From assembly GCA_012522735.1 (NCBI GenBank), contig JAAYJU010000106.1:34095-98094 (forward strand): a stretch of 64,000 bases of DNA, written 5' to 3'. The stretch is from Clostridiales bacterium (GTDB lineage: Bacteria > Bacillota > Clostridia > Lachnospirales > Lachnospiraceae). The translations under genes were made by a program, and so were the position numbers. Below the pieces are notes generated by a model. That model saw only the letters and a list, made by a program, of their open reading frames with translations, ran no database searches and was not told the DNA's origin. Shown here piece by piece: positions 1-10,053 of the stretch (positions are counted from its first letter, which is position 1; the number at the start of each line of letters is the position of its first letter).

Positions 1-2947
1 CTTCATCAACAATAAAATCATATGAAAAGCCTGTTACATTCTTATTAATAGTATCCAGATAGTCATCAAGCGGATGTCCGCTTACATATATTCCAAGAAC
101 CTCTTTTTCAAAGGCAAGAATCTCTTCCTTACTATATTCCGCCACATCTGGAAGATTAAGCTCATATTCCTTTCTGTCATCCTCACCTGCAAAGTCAAAC
201 AGATTCATCTGACCCGTTAAGCTCGTTTTCCTTTCTTCTGCTATACGGTCCAGTATCTGTATATAGCTCATCATTAATTGGCGTCTGTTGTCATGAAGAT
301 TAGAGAATACTCCGGCTTTAATAAAGCTCTCTATAGTTCTTTTGTTGACCTCTTTCCCTGACAGGCGATTAGCAAAATCTCTTAGGCTTGTATATGGACC
401 GTTAGCTTCTCTTTCTGACACAAGTGCTTCTATTACAGGCCTGCCTATTCCCTTAATTGCTGATAAGGCATATCGTATTGAGCCGTCATATACCGTAAAG
501 ACCGCATGACCCTCGTTGATATCCGGGGGCAGGATTGTTATATCCATCTGACGGCAATTATAGATATACTGTGATACCTTGCCGGGATTGTCGATTACCG
601 ATGTCATTAAGGCCGCCATAAATTCTACCGGATAGTAATATTTTAGATAAGCAGTCTGATAGGAAATAACTGCATAAGCTGCGGCATGAGATTTATTAAA
701 GGCATACTTAGCAAAATCCAGCATCTCATCAAAGATATGATTTGCGATTTTTTCGTGAATACCATTCTTAACACATCCAGGGATTCCTTCCTCTTCGTTT
801 CCATAGATAAAGGTCTTCCTTTCCTTTATCATTACATCCTCTTTCTTCTTGGACATGGCTCTTCTAACCAAATCGCTCCGGCCATAGCTATATCCTGCAA
901 GGTCTCTTACTATCTGCATAACCTGCTCCTGGTATACAATACAGCCATATGTAGGTGCTAGAATATGCTCAAGCTGAGGACATTCATAGGTTACCTTTCC
1001 TGCTTCATTCTTTCCCTTAATATATTTTGGAATAAAGTCCATGGGTCCAGGTCTATAAAGAGCAATACCTGCTATGACATCCTCTAAGCTCTTAGGCTTT
1101 AATTCCTTCATAAAGCTCTTCATACCGCTGCTTTCCAGCTGGAAGATACCTTCGGTTTTAGCCGAACCAATTAAGTCATATACCTTATCGTCATTATAAT
1201 CTATAGCATCTATATCCAGTATATTTTCTGCATCTTTGTCTCTATTAATAAGGGCTACGGCATTTTGTATTACAGTAAGCGTTCTAAGCCCTAAAAAGTC
1301 CATCTTTAACAGACCCAGCTCTTCCAAGGTTACCATGGTAAACTGAGTCGTAATTGAATCATCAGAGGAACGGGATAAAGGAACATATTCGACTATACTT
1401 TCCTTACCGATTACCACACCGGCGGCATGCATGGATGAATGTCTGGGAAGACCTTCAAGTCTTTTTGACATATCGATTAGCCTTTTAACCTCATCATCGC
1501 CCTCATATATTTTACTTAACTCTGGATTAACCTTTAAGGCCTTTTCAATAGTAATCCCTATCTCGGTAGGAATCATCTTGGCTACGGTATCTACTTGAGA
1601 ATACGGCATATCCAGTGCCCTTCCCACATCTCTTATTACAGCCCGAGCAGCCATGGTACCAAAGGTAATTATCTGTACCACCTTATTCTTACCGTATTTC
1701 TCCGTAACATAATCTATAACCTCCTGCCTTCTTTCGAAACAAAAATCTATATCGATATCAGGCATGGTCAATCTTTCGGGATTTAAGAATCTTTCAAACA
1801 GCAAATTGTATTTTATGGGGTCTATATCCGTTATTCTTAGTGAATAGGATACTATAGAGCCAGCGGCACTTCCTCTTCCAGGGCCAACCATTATGCCATT
1901 ATCTCTGGCATATTTTATGAAATCCCATACGATTAGGAAATAATCCGAAAAACCCATATCATTTATGGTCTTTAATTCATAGTCCATTCTATCCCAAAGC
2001 TCTTTACTTACTTCACCATATCTATCCTTCATTCCCTCTCTACAAAGAAGACTAAGGTAGTCGAATGAGCTATATGGATCTGGTACAGGATAGACTGGTA
2101 ATTTATATTCACCAAATGTAATCAATACATTACAGCGTTTTGAGATTTCATATGAATTTTCCACCGCTTCCTTAGCATAGGGAAAAATCTCTAGCATCTC
2201 CTCAGGTGATTTGAGATAATACTGCCCGCCGTCATATCGCATACGGTTTTCATCTGATACCTTCTTTTGAGTCTGGATGCAAAGAAGTATATCGTGTGAT
2301 TCTGCATCCTCCTCATATGTATAGTGGACATCATTGGTAGCTACAAGCTGTATCCCAGTTTCATTTGACATCCGAATTAATCCCTGATTAACTGTATTTT
2401 GTTCAGGGATTCCGTGATCCTGAAGCTCCAAAAAGAAGTTACCCTTACCGAATATCTCTTGGTAACCTAGGGCTGCCTTTTTAGCCTCCTCATAAAAGCC
2501 TCTTCTGATATTTCCTGCTACTTCACCACCAAGGCATGCAGACAGAGCAATTATTCCCTCACTATGCATCTGTAAGACTTCCTTATCAATTCTTGGCTTA
2601 TAGTAGAAGCCTTCAAGAAATCCTTTAGACACTATCTTCATGAGGTTTTGATAACCTATATTATTCTCAGCCAGTAGAACCAGATGATAATAACGCTCTT
2701 CTGTAGCACCCGGTTCTCTATCAAACCTGGAATTTGGCGCAACATATACCTCACAGCCAATAATCGGCTTTATATCTTCAGATATGCAGGCCTTATAGAA
2801 ATCAATAACACCATACATAACTCCATGGTCGGTTATAGCAAGGCTATCCATGCCAAGCTCCTTGGCACGAAGAATTAGCTCTCTTATTTTACCTGAACCA
2901 TCAAGAAGGCTGTATTCCGTATGAAGATGTAAATGGGTAAAACTCAT
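1..2947 (-). CDS. dnaE: DNA polymerase III alpha subunit (runs off the left edge)
   Basis: Manual minus-strand translation from ATG at 2947 (RBS AGGAGG) gives MSFTHLHLHTEYSLLDGSG (PHP domain start). Later motifs GPGRGSAAGS, RLTMPDIDIDF and HAAGVVI are visible. Absent from the ORF track because it is edge-truncated. Confidence 0.96.
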   Translation of the reverse strand, partial: MSFTHLHLHTEYSLLDGSGKIRELILRAKELGMDSLAITDHGVMYGVIDFYKACISEDIKPIIGCEVYVAPNSRFDREPGATEERYYHLVLLAENNIGYQNLMKIVSKGFLEGFYYKPRIDKEVLQMHSEGIIALSACLGGEVAGNIRRGFYEEAKKAALGYQEIFGKGNFFLELQDHGIPEQNTVNQGLIRMSNETGIQLVATNDVHYTYEEDAESHDILLCIQTQKKVSDENRMRYDGGQYYLKSPEEMLEIFPYAKEAVENSYEISKRCNVLITFGEYKLPVYPVPDPYSSFDYLSLLCREGMKDRYGEVSKELWDRMDYELKTINDMGFSDYFLIVWDFIKYARDNGIMVGPGRGSAAGSIVSYSLRITDIDPIKYNLLFERFLNPERLTMPDIDIDFCFERRQEVIDYVTEKYGKNKVVQIITFGTMAARAVIRDVGRALDMPYSQVDTVAKMIPTEIGITIEKALKVNPELSKIYEGDDEVKRLIDMSKRLEGLPRHSSMHAAGVVIGKESIVEYVPLSRSSDDSITTQFTMVTLEELGLLKMDFLGLRTLTVIQNAVALINRDKDAENILDIDAIDYNDDKVYDLIGSAKTEGIFQLESSGMKSFMKELKPKSLEDVIAGIALYRPGPMDFIPKYIKGKNEAGKVTYECPQLEHILAPTYGCIVYQEQVMQIVRDLAGYSYGRSDLVRRAMSKKKEDVMIKERKTFIYGNEEEGIPGCVKNGIHEKIANHIFDEMLDFAKYAFNKSHAAAYAVISYQTAYLKYYYPVEFMAALMTSVIDNPGKVSQYIYNCRQMDITILPPDINEGHAVFTVYDGSIRYALSAIKGIGRPVIEALVSEREANGPYTSLRDFANRLSGKEVNKRTIESFIKAGVFSNLHDNRRQLMMSYIQILDRIAEERKTSLTGQMNLFDFAGEDDRKEYELNLPDVAEYSKEEILAFEKEVLGIYVSGHPLDDYLDTINKNVTGFSYDFIVDE

Positions 2948-2987
2948 TGCTTTTCCTCCTTGTAGAACTAAATAAGCATGCTCCTAC

Positions 2988-4436
2988 TTACCAGTCTTTT
3001 GAGGGCCTCTCGGGATCAATGATTTCTTCTAAGTTAAATAAATCCTGCAAACGTTCTGGAAATTCAAGCATAGCTTGACCATCCAGAGGCCGTCTTGTCA
3101 TTCTTACATAATCATCCTTTAGATGCATCCATGGCTTTGAATCCACGCCATGAAAATAATTAAAGCCAGCTTCTTTAAGGAATTTATATTTATCACCGCT
3201 ATAACTTCCCATGGTTGTTTCAATATCGACACCATAAGGGAAAATAAATATATCGGTTTCACCTACTAAAGATCCCACCTCATCAAGCCAGCGATTAGTA
3301 TCATTCTTTATAAATTCAAATGATTTCTCCTGCATATTTCTATGGTTATAGCTATGGGATGCAAACTCCCATCCGGTCTCCTTAAGTACTCTAGCCACCT
3401 CTTTGACTGTCTCCTTGTCCTGTTCATAGGTGGGTGATGTGGGATCATCTGTTCTGTATCCGAGAGAACCCTCATATCCAGTAAGGGCTAAAATACCTTT
3501 AGCACCCTTATAAGAGAAATCAGGATGCTCTTCAACAAAGGCATCAAGTATGGGTACAATATCATAAGGACCCTGCACTACACTCCCATCCTCTAAAATC
3601 ATCTCACAGGTAGGCTTGCCATCCTCACCAATAACTATCCTGGAAGCAAAGCCGTCCCCGTCCATATAATCATAATAGTTTACATCGTCCTGAGATAATA
3701 CGAAGGGTTTTTTACCCGGTGGAAGATATATCTCACCAGCGACAAATTTTGTTTTGCCGTTCTCATCGATGATCTGCTTAGCAAGGTCATGGACACTAAC
3801 AAGTACATATCCGTCCTCATACATGCTTTGCATCATTTTCTCAAATTCATATGCAGTAGTCATATACATATTATAACCCTTTGATTCATAATCACCGTCA
3901 AAGGCCTTGCTGTTATCGGCTACTAGTGAATGAAAGAAAATATGATTAAACTGAGTAACAGAGGTATATGAGCCTCCATACAATACTAATGAGGCTTTTT
4001 CTGCCTCTAAGGTATTTATGGCTGACAAAAGAGCGGGATATAGCTCATAACCGCCTTCCTTCCCTTTATAGGTTTTAATCATATCGATTGCACTATCATA
4101 GTCATAGCTTAATTTAAACTTATTTGCTTGCTCAATTAAGTCTTCTCTTTCGGCAATCTCTTGTAGAAGCCTTTCCTGCTCTTTAAGAGCCTCCAGCTCC
4201 TCTGGTGTCAGCTTTTCTTCTGCCTTATTATCTTTATCCTTTTTGTCTGTCTTATCTTTATTATCCTTAGTATTGTCAACTACTTTTCCTGGATTATCAT
4301 CATTCTTCTTATTCTTAGAAACAATATAATATGAACCTGCTATTGTAATAAGCAGTAACAATTCCAACAAAAGAATTACACCAAGCCTTTTAGCTGATTT
4401 CTTTTTTCTTCTTCTTGACCTATTTCTATCCGCCAT
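2988..4436 (-). CDS. Membrane-anchored polysaccharide deacetylase family protein
   Basis: Basic N-terminus plus TM helix, K/D-rich linker, then NodB-like motifs FHSL, LSQDDVNYY, ASHSYNH and FIFPYG. Confidence 0.75.
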   Translation of the reverse strand: MADRNRSRRRKKKSAKRLGVILLLELLLLITIAGSYYIVSKNKKNDDNPGKVVDNTKDNKDKTDKKDKDNKAEEKLTPEELEALKEQERLLQEIAEREDLIEQANKFKLSYDYDSAIDMIKTYKGKEGGYELYPALLSAINTLEAEKASLVLYGGSYTSVTQFNHIFFHSLVADNSKAFDGDYESKGYNMYMTTAYEFEKMMQSMYEDGYVLVSVHDLAKQIIDENGKTKFVAGEIYLPPGKKPFVLSQDDVNYYDYMDGDGFASRIVIGEDGKPTCEMILEDGSVVQGPYDIVPILDAFVEEHPDFSYKGAKGILALTGYEGSLGYRTDDPTSPTYEQDKETVKEVARVLKETGWEFASHSYNHRNMQEKSFEFIKNDTNRWLDEVGSLVGETDIFIFPYGVDIETTMGSYSGDKYKFLKEAGFNYFHGVDSKPWMHLKDDYVRMTRRPLDGQAMLEFPERLQDLFNLEEIIDPERPSKDW

Positions 4437-4567
4437 AAAGCACCTCTCTTAGCTATATTATTGCAAATCTATAGAAACTTATCCGATTATTACAATAAAC
4501 AAAGCATATCACATAAATAAGGCAATTTAATTACATAATAATTAATTATTCTAGTTATTTAGCCTCA

Positions 4568-4760
4568 ACCGGAAGAAGCACGCTATGCGAGCTTCTCATA
4601 TGCCTGCTTGCAGGCATTATCCGCTTGTGCGCGTTCGCATATATGCAAGCAAGCTTGAATAAGTGAACAGATTTTTTGTTCACTTTGCTCAGATTTGCTT
4701 CGCGCAAATGAAAGAAGCGCCATAAAGATATCCGGTTTATGATCTCTTTGTGGCGGCTTC
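4568..4760. repeat. GC-rich multi-hairpin intergenic element (REP/MITE-like or structured RNA; may include the ptsH terminator)
   Basis: Inverted repeats ATGCCTGC-tt-GCAGGCAT (4600-4617), CAAGC-aa-GCTTG (4646-4657), AAGTGAACA..TGTTCACTT (4661-4685), ATTTGC..GCAAAT (4693-4709) and an imperfect GAAGCGCCATAAAGA..TCTTTGTGGCGGCTTC stem (4714-4760), all in an AT-rich spacer. Confidence 0.6.
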
Positions 4761-4772
4761 CAAGTTCTCTTA

Positions 4773-5027
4773 TTATTTACTGCTTAGATACTTCTCGATA
4801 TTATTTATTGCCTCTTCTTCGTCCATACCTTCTGCAGTTACAAAAACCTTCTCCCCTGACGCTAGACCTAAGCTCATCATCCCCATGATGCTTTTAGCAT
4901 TAACTTTTTTCTCTTCGCTTTCCACATAGATGCTACACTCGTATTGACTTGCCACTTGAACAAGCAATGCAACCGGTCTGGCTTCTAAGCCATTAGGAAT
5001 GTTAATTACTATTTCTTTTCTTATCAT
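4773..5027 (-). CDS. ptsH: HPr phosphocarrier family protein
   Basis: 84 aa; NGLEARP at the His15 region (E in place of H, so Crh-like) and VNAKSIMGMMSL containing Ser46. Confidence 0.85.
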   Translation of the reverse strand: MIRKEIVINIPNGLEARPVALLVQVASQYECSIYVESEEKKVNAKSIMGMMSLGLASGEKVFVTAEGMDEEEAINNIEKYLSSK

Positions 5028-5982
5028 TTATGCTTTCCTCCTTATGCTCCCGATAATATTCTGCAATCATACTTAATTTTCGTAATCTATGATTAACACC
5101 GGATTTACCGATAGGCGGTAACAACATTGTTCCCAGCTCTTTAAGTGATGCCTCAGGATGCTCTACTCTAAGTCTTGCAATATCACGAAGGCCTTCATTT
5201 AGATTACTGAAGCCAACGTAATCTCTTATATATATGATATCATCAATCTGTTTTGATGCTGCTTCAACTGTCTTGTTGATATTAGCCGCCTCACAATTGA
5301 CCTGCCTATTTACTTGGTTACGCATTTCTTTAAGTATACGTACATTCTCAAGATCCATAAGCGAAACATGGGCTTCCATGACATTAAGCAAATCTACTAT
5401 TCCTGAACCTTCTTTTATATAGACTACATAATATTTCTTTCTCAGAATAATCTTTGCATCTATTGAAAATGTACATATAAGTTCTTGAAGTCTCTCAGCC
5501 TTTAAGGGATCATCAGTAACAAACTCCAAATGATACGCCTTTTTTGGATTGCTCATTGATCCGCACATTAGAAATGCACCGCGAATAAATGCTCTCTTGC
5601 AGCAGGTGTTCTGTAATACCATTTGAGCAGGATTACCAATTCTTCCATCCTCAATATCGTAGTCGCTTTGCTTTGTAGCCTTCAGTATGTTTCTTGCTAT
5701 ATCCTGATTCTTAATTATTAGTATATATGTTTTATTGTCTTTAATACTTTGATTGTTTCTAATCGAAATATCAATACTTATATTAAATGTTTTTTTAATT
5801 AATGTAAAGTACTTTCTTGCAACTAGCGGATTTTCTGTTTGAAGCCTTAAGTATTTATGAGACTGATTCGATATTACTTGTCCACCATAAGTTAATACCG
5901 CTGCCAGCTCAGCAATCCTGCAATGCCTGGCATCATTAATTTGTAAGGAAAGCTCTTCCTTAACATTCTTTGAAAATGACAT
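5002..5982 (-). CDS. whiA: DNA-binding protein WhiA
   Basis: MSFSKNVKEEL start, AFIRGAFL..GSMSNP..YHLEF, NRQVNCEAANINKT, GKSGVNHRLRKL. Confidence 0.95.
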   Translation of the reverse strand: MSFSKNVKEELSLQINDARHCRIAELAAVLTYGGQVISNQSHKYLRLQTENPLVARKYFTLIKKTFNISIDISIRNNQSIKDNKTYILIIKNQDIARNILKATKQSDYDIEDGRIGNPAQMVLQNTCCKRAFIRGAFLMCGSMSNPKKAYHLEFVTDDPLKAERLQELICTFSIDAKIILRKKYYVVYIKEGSGIVDLLNVMEAHVSLMDLENVRILKEMRNQVNRQVNCEAANINKTVEAASKQIDDIIYIRDYVGFSNLNEGLRDIARLRVEHPEASLKELGTMLLPPIGKSGVNHRLRKLSMIAEYYREHKEESINDKKRNSN

Positions 5983-6007
5983 TTCACATCAGCACCTTCA
6001 ATATATT

Positions 6008-6859
6008 CTAATCCTTTTCTATATCTCTATGCTCGGTCTTGATTCCATAGCCTAAGCCTGCGAGTCTTTGCGCAAGCTCATTTGTGAGGGTAACAGATCT
6101 GTGTTTCCCTCCTGTGCAGCCAATACCTATCACAAGTTGGTTCTTTCCCTCTGAAATATAATGAGGAATTAGGAATTTAAGCATGTCCTCTAATTTATTA
6201 AGAAATTGCATAGCTGCATCGGAATCCATAACGAACTTACTTACCGTCTCATCCATTCCTGTCTTGTCCTTTAGCTCAGATATATAAAATGGATTTCGTA
6301 AAAACCGAACATCAAATACTAGGTCAGAATCAGCAGGTATTCCATATTTAAAGCCAAAGGATAGAATCATTACCATAAAGTTCTTAAAATCCTCATCCTC
6401 TACATAAATCGTATCAATCTGAGTCTTTAGCTCACGAATAAGTAAATGACTTGTATCTATAATTATATCTGCCTTCTTGCGAAGAAAGTCAAGCTTCTCC
6501 CTCTCCAGCTCAATACCCTTATCCACCCTTCCCGATTGGGAAAGAGGATGAATCCTTCTTGTCTCCTTATAGCGTTTTACTAAGACCTCAGGTGAGCAAT
6601 CTAGGAATAAAATTTCATAGCAAAATCCTATGTTCTTCATGTCCTTTAGGACCGCATCAAGCTCATCTAAGGATTGTCCACTCCTTATATCAAGACCCAA
6701 TGCCACCTTATCATTATTTCCTTGCATAATAAGTTTTACGAACTTTTTAACTAGCTTTATGGGCAGGTTGTCCACACAGAAAAAGCCTGCATCCTCCAGC
6801 ATCTTAAGAACGGAGCTTTTTCCCGCTCCCGACATACCGGTAACAATAACAAATCTCAT
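6008..6859 (-). CDS. rapZ: RNase adapter RapZ (YvcJ family P-loop protein)
   Basis: VTGMSGAGKS Walker A, FCVDNLP, SFGFKYGIP..DLVFDVRFL.NPFY, GCTGGKHRSV. Confidence 0.95.
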   Translation of the reverse strand: MRFVIVTGMSGAGKSSVLKMLEDAGFFCVDNLPIKLVKKFVKLIMQGNNDKVALGLDIRSGQSLDELDAVLKDMKNIGFCYEILFLDCSPEVLVKRYKETRRIHPLSQSGRVDKGIELEREKLDFLRKKADIIIDTSHLLIRELKTQIDTIYVEDEDFKNFMVMILSFGFKYGIPADSDLVFDVRFLRNPFYISELKDKTGMDETVSKFVMDSDAAMQFLNKLEDMLKFLIPHYISEGKNQLVIGIGCTGGKHRSVTLTNELAQRLAGLGYGIKTEHRDIEKD

Positions 6860-6877
6860 TTATAACCCGGCCTTTCT

Positions 6878-7807
6878 TTAGTCAATATCAAAGGTTCCTA
6901 GAAATTTCACCTCAGGCTCAAGTATAACTCCGAATTTTTCATCTACTATTCGGATAACCTCCTTTATCAAGGTCATAAAATCCTTGGCTGTGGCGTTTTC
7001 CTTATTTATTAAAAAACCACAATGCTTATCAGAAACTGCAGCGCCTCCTACCTGATACCCCTTTAAGCCCGCATCGCTGATAAGCTTACCAGCAAAATAC
7101 CCCTCAGGACGCTTGAAGGTGCTTCCCGCACTATGCTTATCAAGGGGCTGCTTTTCTTGCCTTAGAGAATTTAGTTCATGTATTTTATCTAAAATCTCTT
7201 GCTTATTACCCTTAGAAAACTTCATGGTGGCTTCCAGTAGGCATAAATCCTTCTTCTGTAGAATACTGCTTCTGTATCCAAGCTGTAGAGCTTCATTATC
7301 TAAGGTATAGATTTCACCATCCCTATCTATAACCGTAGCAGTAAGCAAAACTTGCTTGATTTCTCCACCATAAGCTCCGGCATTCATTGTTACCGCTCCC
7401 CCTAGTGTTCCGGGGATACCGGCCCCGAATTCAAACCCAGTTAATTCATGCCTAGCAATCACATTAGATAGCTTTGACATAAGCACCCCGGCCTGGGCAC
7501 GTACGATATAATCCTCAGTAACTTCAATGTCAGAAAACCCTCCTGACAGCTTAATGATTAAGCCCTGATAGCCAAGGTCTGATACCAAAAGGTTACTTCC
7601 ATTTCCCATTATATAAAAAGGCATATTGTGGCTCTTGCACAATAAAACCACTTGCTTTATCTCATCTATGGTAGATGGCAATACCATGTAATCAGCCGCT
7701 CCACCGATTTGAAGGGATGTATGCTTTGACATAGATTCCTTTTGTCTAATCTGTTCATCTGCTAATATATTTTTCAATTCCTTCAAAAATAAATCCAAGT
7801 CCTTCAA
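6878..7807 (-). CDS. murB: UDP-N-acetylenolpyruvoylglucosamine reductase
   Basis: GNGSNLLVSD, GIPGTLGGAVTMNAGAYG, SAGSTFKRP, VSDKHCGFLIN, LEPEV. Confidence 0.96.
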   Translation of the reverse strand: MKDLDLFLKELKNILADEQIRQKESMSKHTSLQIGGAADYMVLPSTIDEIKQVVLLCKSHNMPFYIMGNGSNLLVSDLGYQGLIIKLSGGFSDIEVTEDYIVRAQAGVLMSKLSNVIARHELTGFEFGAGIPGTLGGAVTMNAGAYGGEIKQVLLTATVIDRDGEIYTLDNEALQLGYRSSILQKKDLCLLEATMKFSKGNKQEILDKIHELNSLRQEKQPLDKHSAGSTFKRPEGYFAGKLISDAGLKGYQVGGAAVSDKHCGFLINKENATAKDFMTLIKEVIRIVDEKFGVILEPEVKFLGTFDID

Positions 7808-7879
7808 AGGCTACCTCCATATGCTATAATACTATACTTCTAAAACCTATTCAACTGTCTGCTAGCTTATGTCATTATT

Positions 7880-8040
7880 CACGCATAAGCAGATTAGTCC
7901 ATGAAATTATCATGTTTTATGTGACATTCTTTATATGTCACAATAAAATATGGTAATTATCATGGATATGTGCATCGGTTCAGCAAGCTGAACCTTTTTG
8001 TGAACGAAAAAACCGTAGGTTTTTGAGTTCCTAATCTGCT
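7880..8040 (+). repeat. Modular hairpin repeat element, copy 1 (MITE/REP-like)
   Basis: Head CACGCATAAG, inverted pair AGCAGATTAG (7888-7897)/CTAATCTGCT (8031-8040), long internal stem centred on GTGACAT..ATGTCAC, core GTGCATCGGTTCAGCAAGCTGAACC (7970-7994). Related copies at 54915-55077 and 41637-41694. Confidence 0.85.
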
Positions 8041-8043
8041 AAT

Positions 8044-8982
8044 TTAATTCAATATCAACCTAGCACATCCATAAATCCCTGCATCATTACCAAGGGAGGC
8101 TATTAAAAACTCCTTATCCTTAAGTGCATTCATTACATTTGGTATGTAGTGCTTCTTAATATGTGATATCAATATATCACCAGCCTTAGAGACCCCGCCG
8201 CCTATGACAAATGCCTGAGGATCCATCACCTGTGCAACCCCTGCAAGGGCTATACCTAGATATCTACAGGCCTCATCGACTATCTCTAGGGCAAGCTCAT
8301 CACCCTGCTTAGCATAGTCAAATACCAGCTTAGCATTTATATCCTCTTTATCTGCCAGTAAAGAATCTTTAGAATTTTTTTCTAATGCTTGTCTTGCCAA
8401 TCTTGCAATACCCGTAGCAGAAGCATATTGCTCAAGACAGCCATACTTTCCACAGCCACAAGCCTCTTTTTCATCATAGTTTACAAGAATATGCCCGATT
8501 TCTCCACCGGCCCCGACACTTCCTGCAACAATTCTACCCTTATGAATAACACCTCCGCCAACTCCCGTTCCCAAGGTTACCAAAACCATATTATCAAAAC
8601 CCTTGCCCTTTCCCTTCCACTGTTCACCGAGGGCAGCAACATTGGCATCATTACCTGCTTTAACCTTAAGTCCGGTCATAGAAGACATCTCCTCTTCTAT
8701 ATTAAAGCCACCAAGACCAAGGTTAGCCATCTCTGATACATATCCCCTATCATTAACAGGACCCGGTAAACCTACTCCGACGCCAAGTATCTGTTCTCTA
8801 TCCAGACCCTTTTCTTTCCTGATTTTCTCTATGAAATCTGCAGCATCCTTTAAGACATCTTTACCGTTTTCGGTTCTTCTAGTGGCAAAGACACGTTTAT
8901 CAAGCATATTCCCTTCTCTATCAAATAAACCAATCTTTATGCCTGTACCACCGATGTCTACACCAAAACAATACTTATCCAT
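8044..8982 (-). CDS. glcK: ROK family glucokinase
   Basis: GVDIGGT, NDANVAALGE, TLGTGVGGG, GEIGHI..C.CG..GCLEQYASATG. ATG at 8982 chosen from GGAGG RBS (ORF track starts at GTG 8994). Confidence 0.92.
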   Translation of the reverse strand: MDKYCFGVDIGGTGIKIGLFDREGNMLDKRVFATRRTENGKDVLKDAADFIEKIRKEKGLDREQILGVGVGLPGPVNDRGYVSEMANLGLGGFNIEEEMSSMTGLKVKAGNDANVAALGEQWKGKGKGFDNMVLVTLGTGVGGGVIHKGRIVAGSVGAGGEIGHILVNYDEKEACGCGKYGCLEQYASATGIARLARQALEKNSKDSLLADKEDINAKLVFDYAKQGDELALEIVDEACRYLGIALAGVAQVMDPQAFVIGGGVSKAGDILISHIKKHYIPNVMNALKDKEFLIASLGNDAGIYGCARLILN

Positions 8983-8993
8983 AACTTCCTCCA

Positions 8994-9926
8994 CTACTCC
9001 TCTGTATTCCTTCGTATCTTGTTGGTAACTCTTTTATATAATTCCTGAGCAGCATTATATCCCATCTTCTTTTGCCTATGGTTTACAGCGGCAGATTCAC
9101 AGATAATTGCCAAATTTCTGCCGGGACGAATAGGTATTGAATGACATACTACTTGATTTCCCAGATATTCAATGTATTGTTCATCTAGACCGAATCGGTC
9201 ATAGTCCTTATCCCTACTCCATTCCTCAAGCTTGATTACCAGATCAATGGCCTGTGTATTCTTAACACTTTCAACACCGAACAGAGTCTTTACATCTATA
9301 ATTCCGATACCGCGAAGCTCGATAAAGTGTCTGGTGATATCAGGCGATGTTCCTATAAGCGTTTCATCACTAACCTTCTTGATTTCCACCACATCATCGG
9401 CTACAAGGCGGTGCCCTCTCTTAATCAGCTCAAGAGCAGCCTCACTTTTTCCTATTCCGCTTTCGCCGGTAATCAGTATTCCTTCACCATATACATCTAC
9501 TAATACACCATGAATTGATATTCTTGGTGCTAGCTCCACGTTCATCCACCTTATTACTTCAGCCATAAATGAGGATGTGGTCTTAGAGGATTTCAAAATC
9601 GGAACTTCTTTTTCGGTTGCAATACTAATAAGAGTATCACTAACCTCAAGATCCCTACAAAAGACAATACAGGGTACCTTATAATCCATTAGCTTACTCA
9701 TAATTTCAAGACGTCTCTCCATACCTAGATTTGACATATAGGCATGCTCCACATAACCTATAACCTGTACACGCTCTGAATCAAAGTGATCAAAAAAACC
9801 CGCCAGTTGTAGAGCAGGCCTGTTTACATCAGGCTGTGATATCTTAATTCTCTTAATATCAATGTCTGGCGTGCAATTTTCCAAATTCATCTTTTCTATT
9901 AGCTGTACCAAATCAACTGTATACAC
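8994..9926 (-). CDS. hprK: HPr(Ser) kinase/phosphatase
   Basis: NRPALQLAGF, HGVLVDVYGEGILITGESGIGKSEAALELIKRGHRLVADD, IPIRPGRN. Confidence 0.97.
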   Translation of the reverse strand: MYTVDLVQLIEKMNLENCTPDIDIKRIKISQPDVNRPALQLAGFFDHFDSERVQVIGYVEHAYMSNLGMERRLEIMSKLMDYKVPCIVFCRDLEVSDTLISIATEKEVPILKSSKTTSSFMAEVIRWMNVELAPRISIHGVLVDVYGEGILITGESGIGKSEAALELIKRGHRLVADDVVEIKKVSDETLIGTSPDITRHFIELRGIGIIDVKTLFGVESVKNTQAIDLVIKLEEWSRDKDYDRFGLDEQYIEYLGNQVVCHSIPIRPGRNLAIICESAAVNHRQKKMGYNAAQELYKRVTNKIRRNTEE

Positions 9927-10053
9927 CGCTTCATCCTCACTTTCATTTAAATCTAATACTTACTATCTAATAAAACATGAGATTCTATTTTCATTCTTTA
10001 ATCAAATTAATCTGCACACACATTCTAACACATCTAATACTTTAAAGTAAATC

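Noticed and set aside
4200-4440. Low-complexity K/D/N repeats in the deacetylase N-terminus
   Set aside because: Ordinary disordered linker after a membrane anchor, with no exact nucleotide periodicity.
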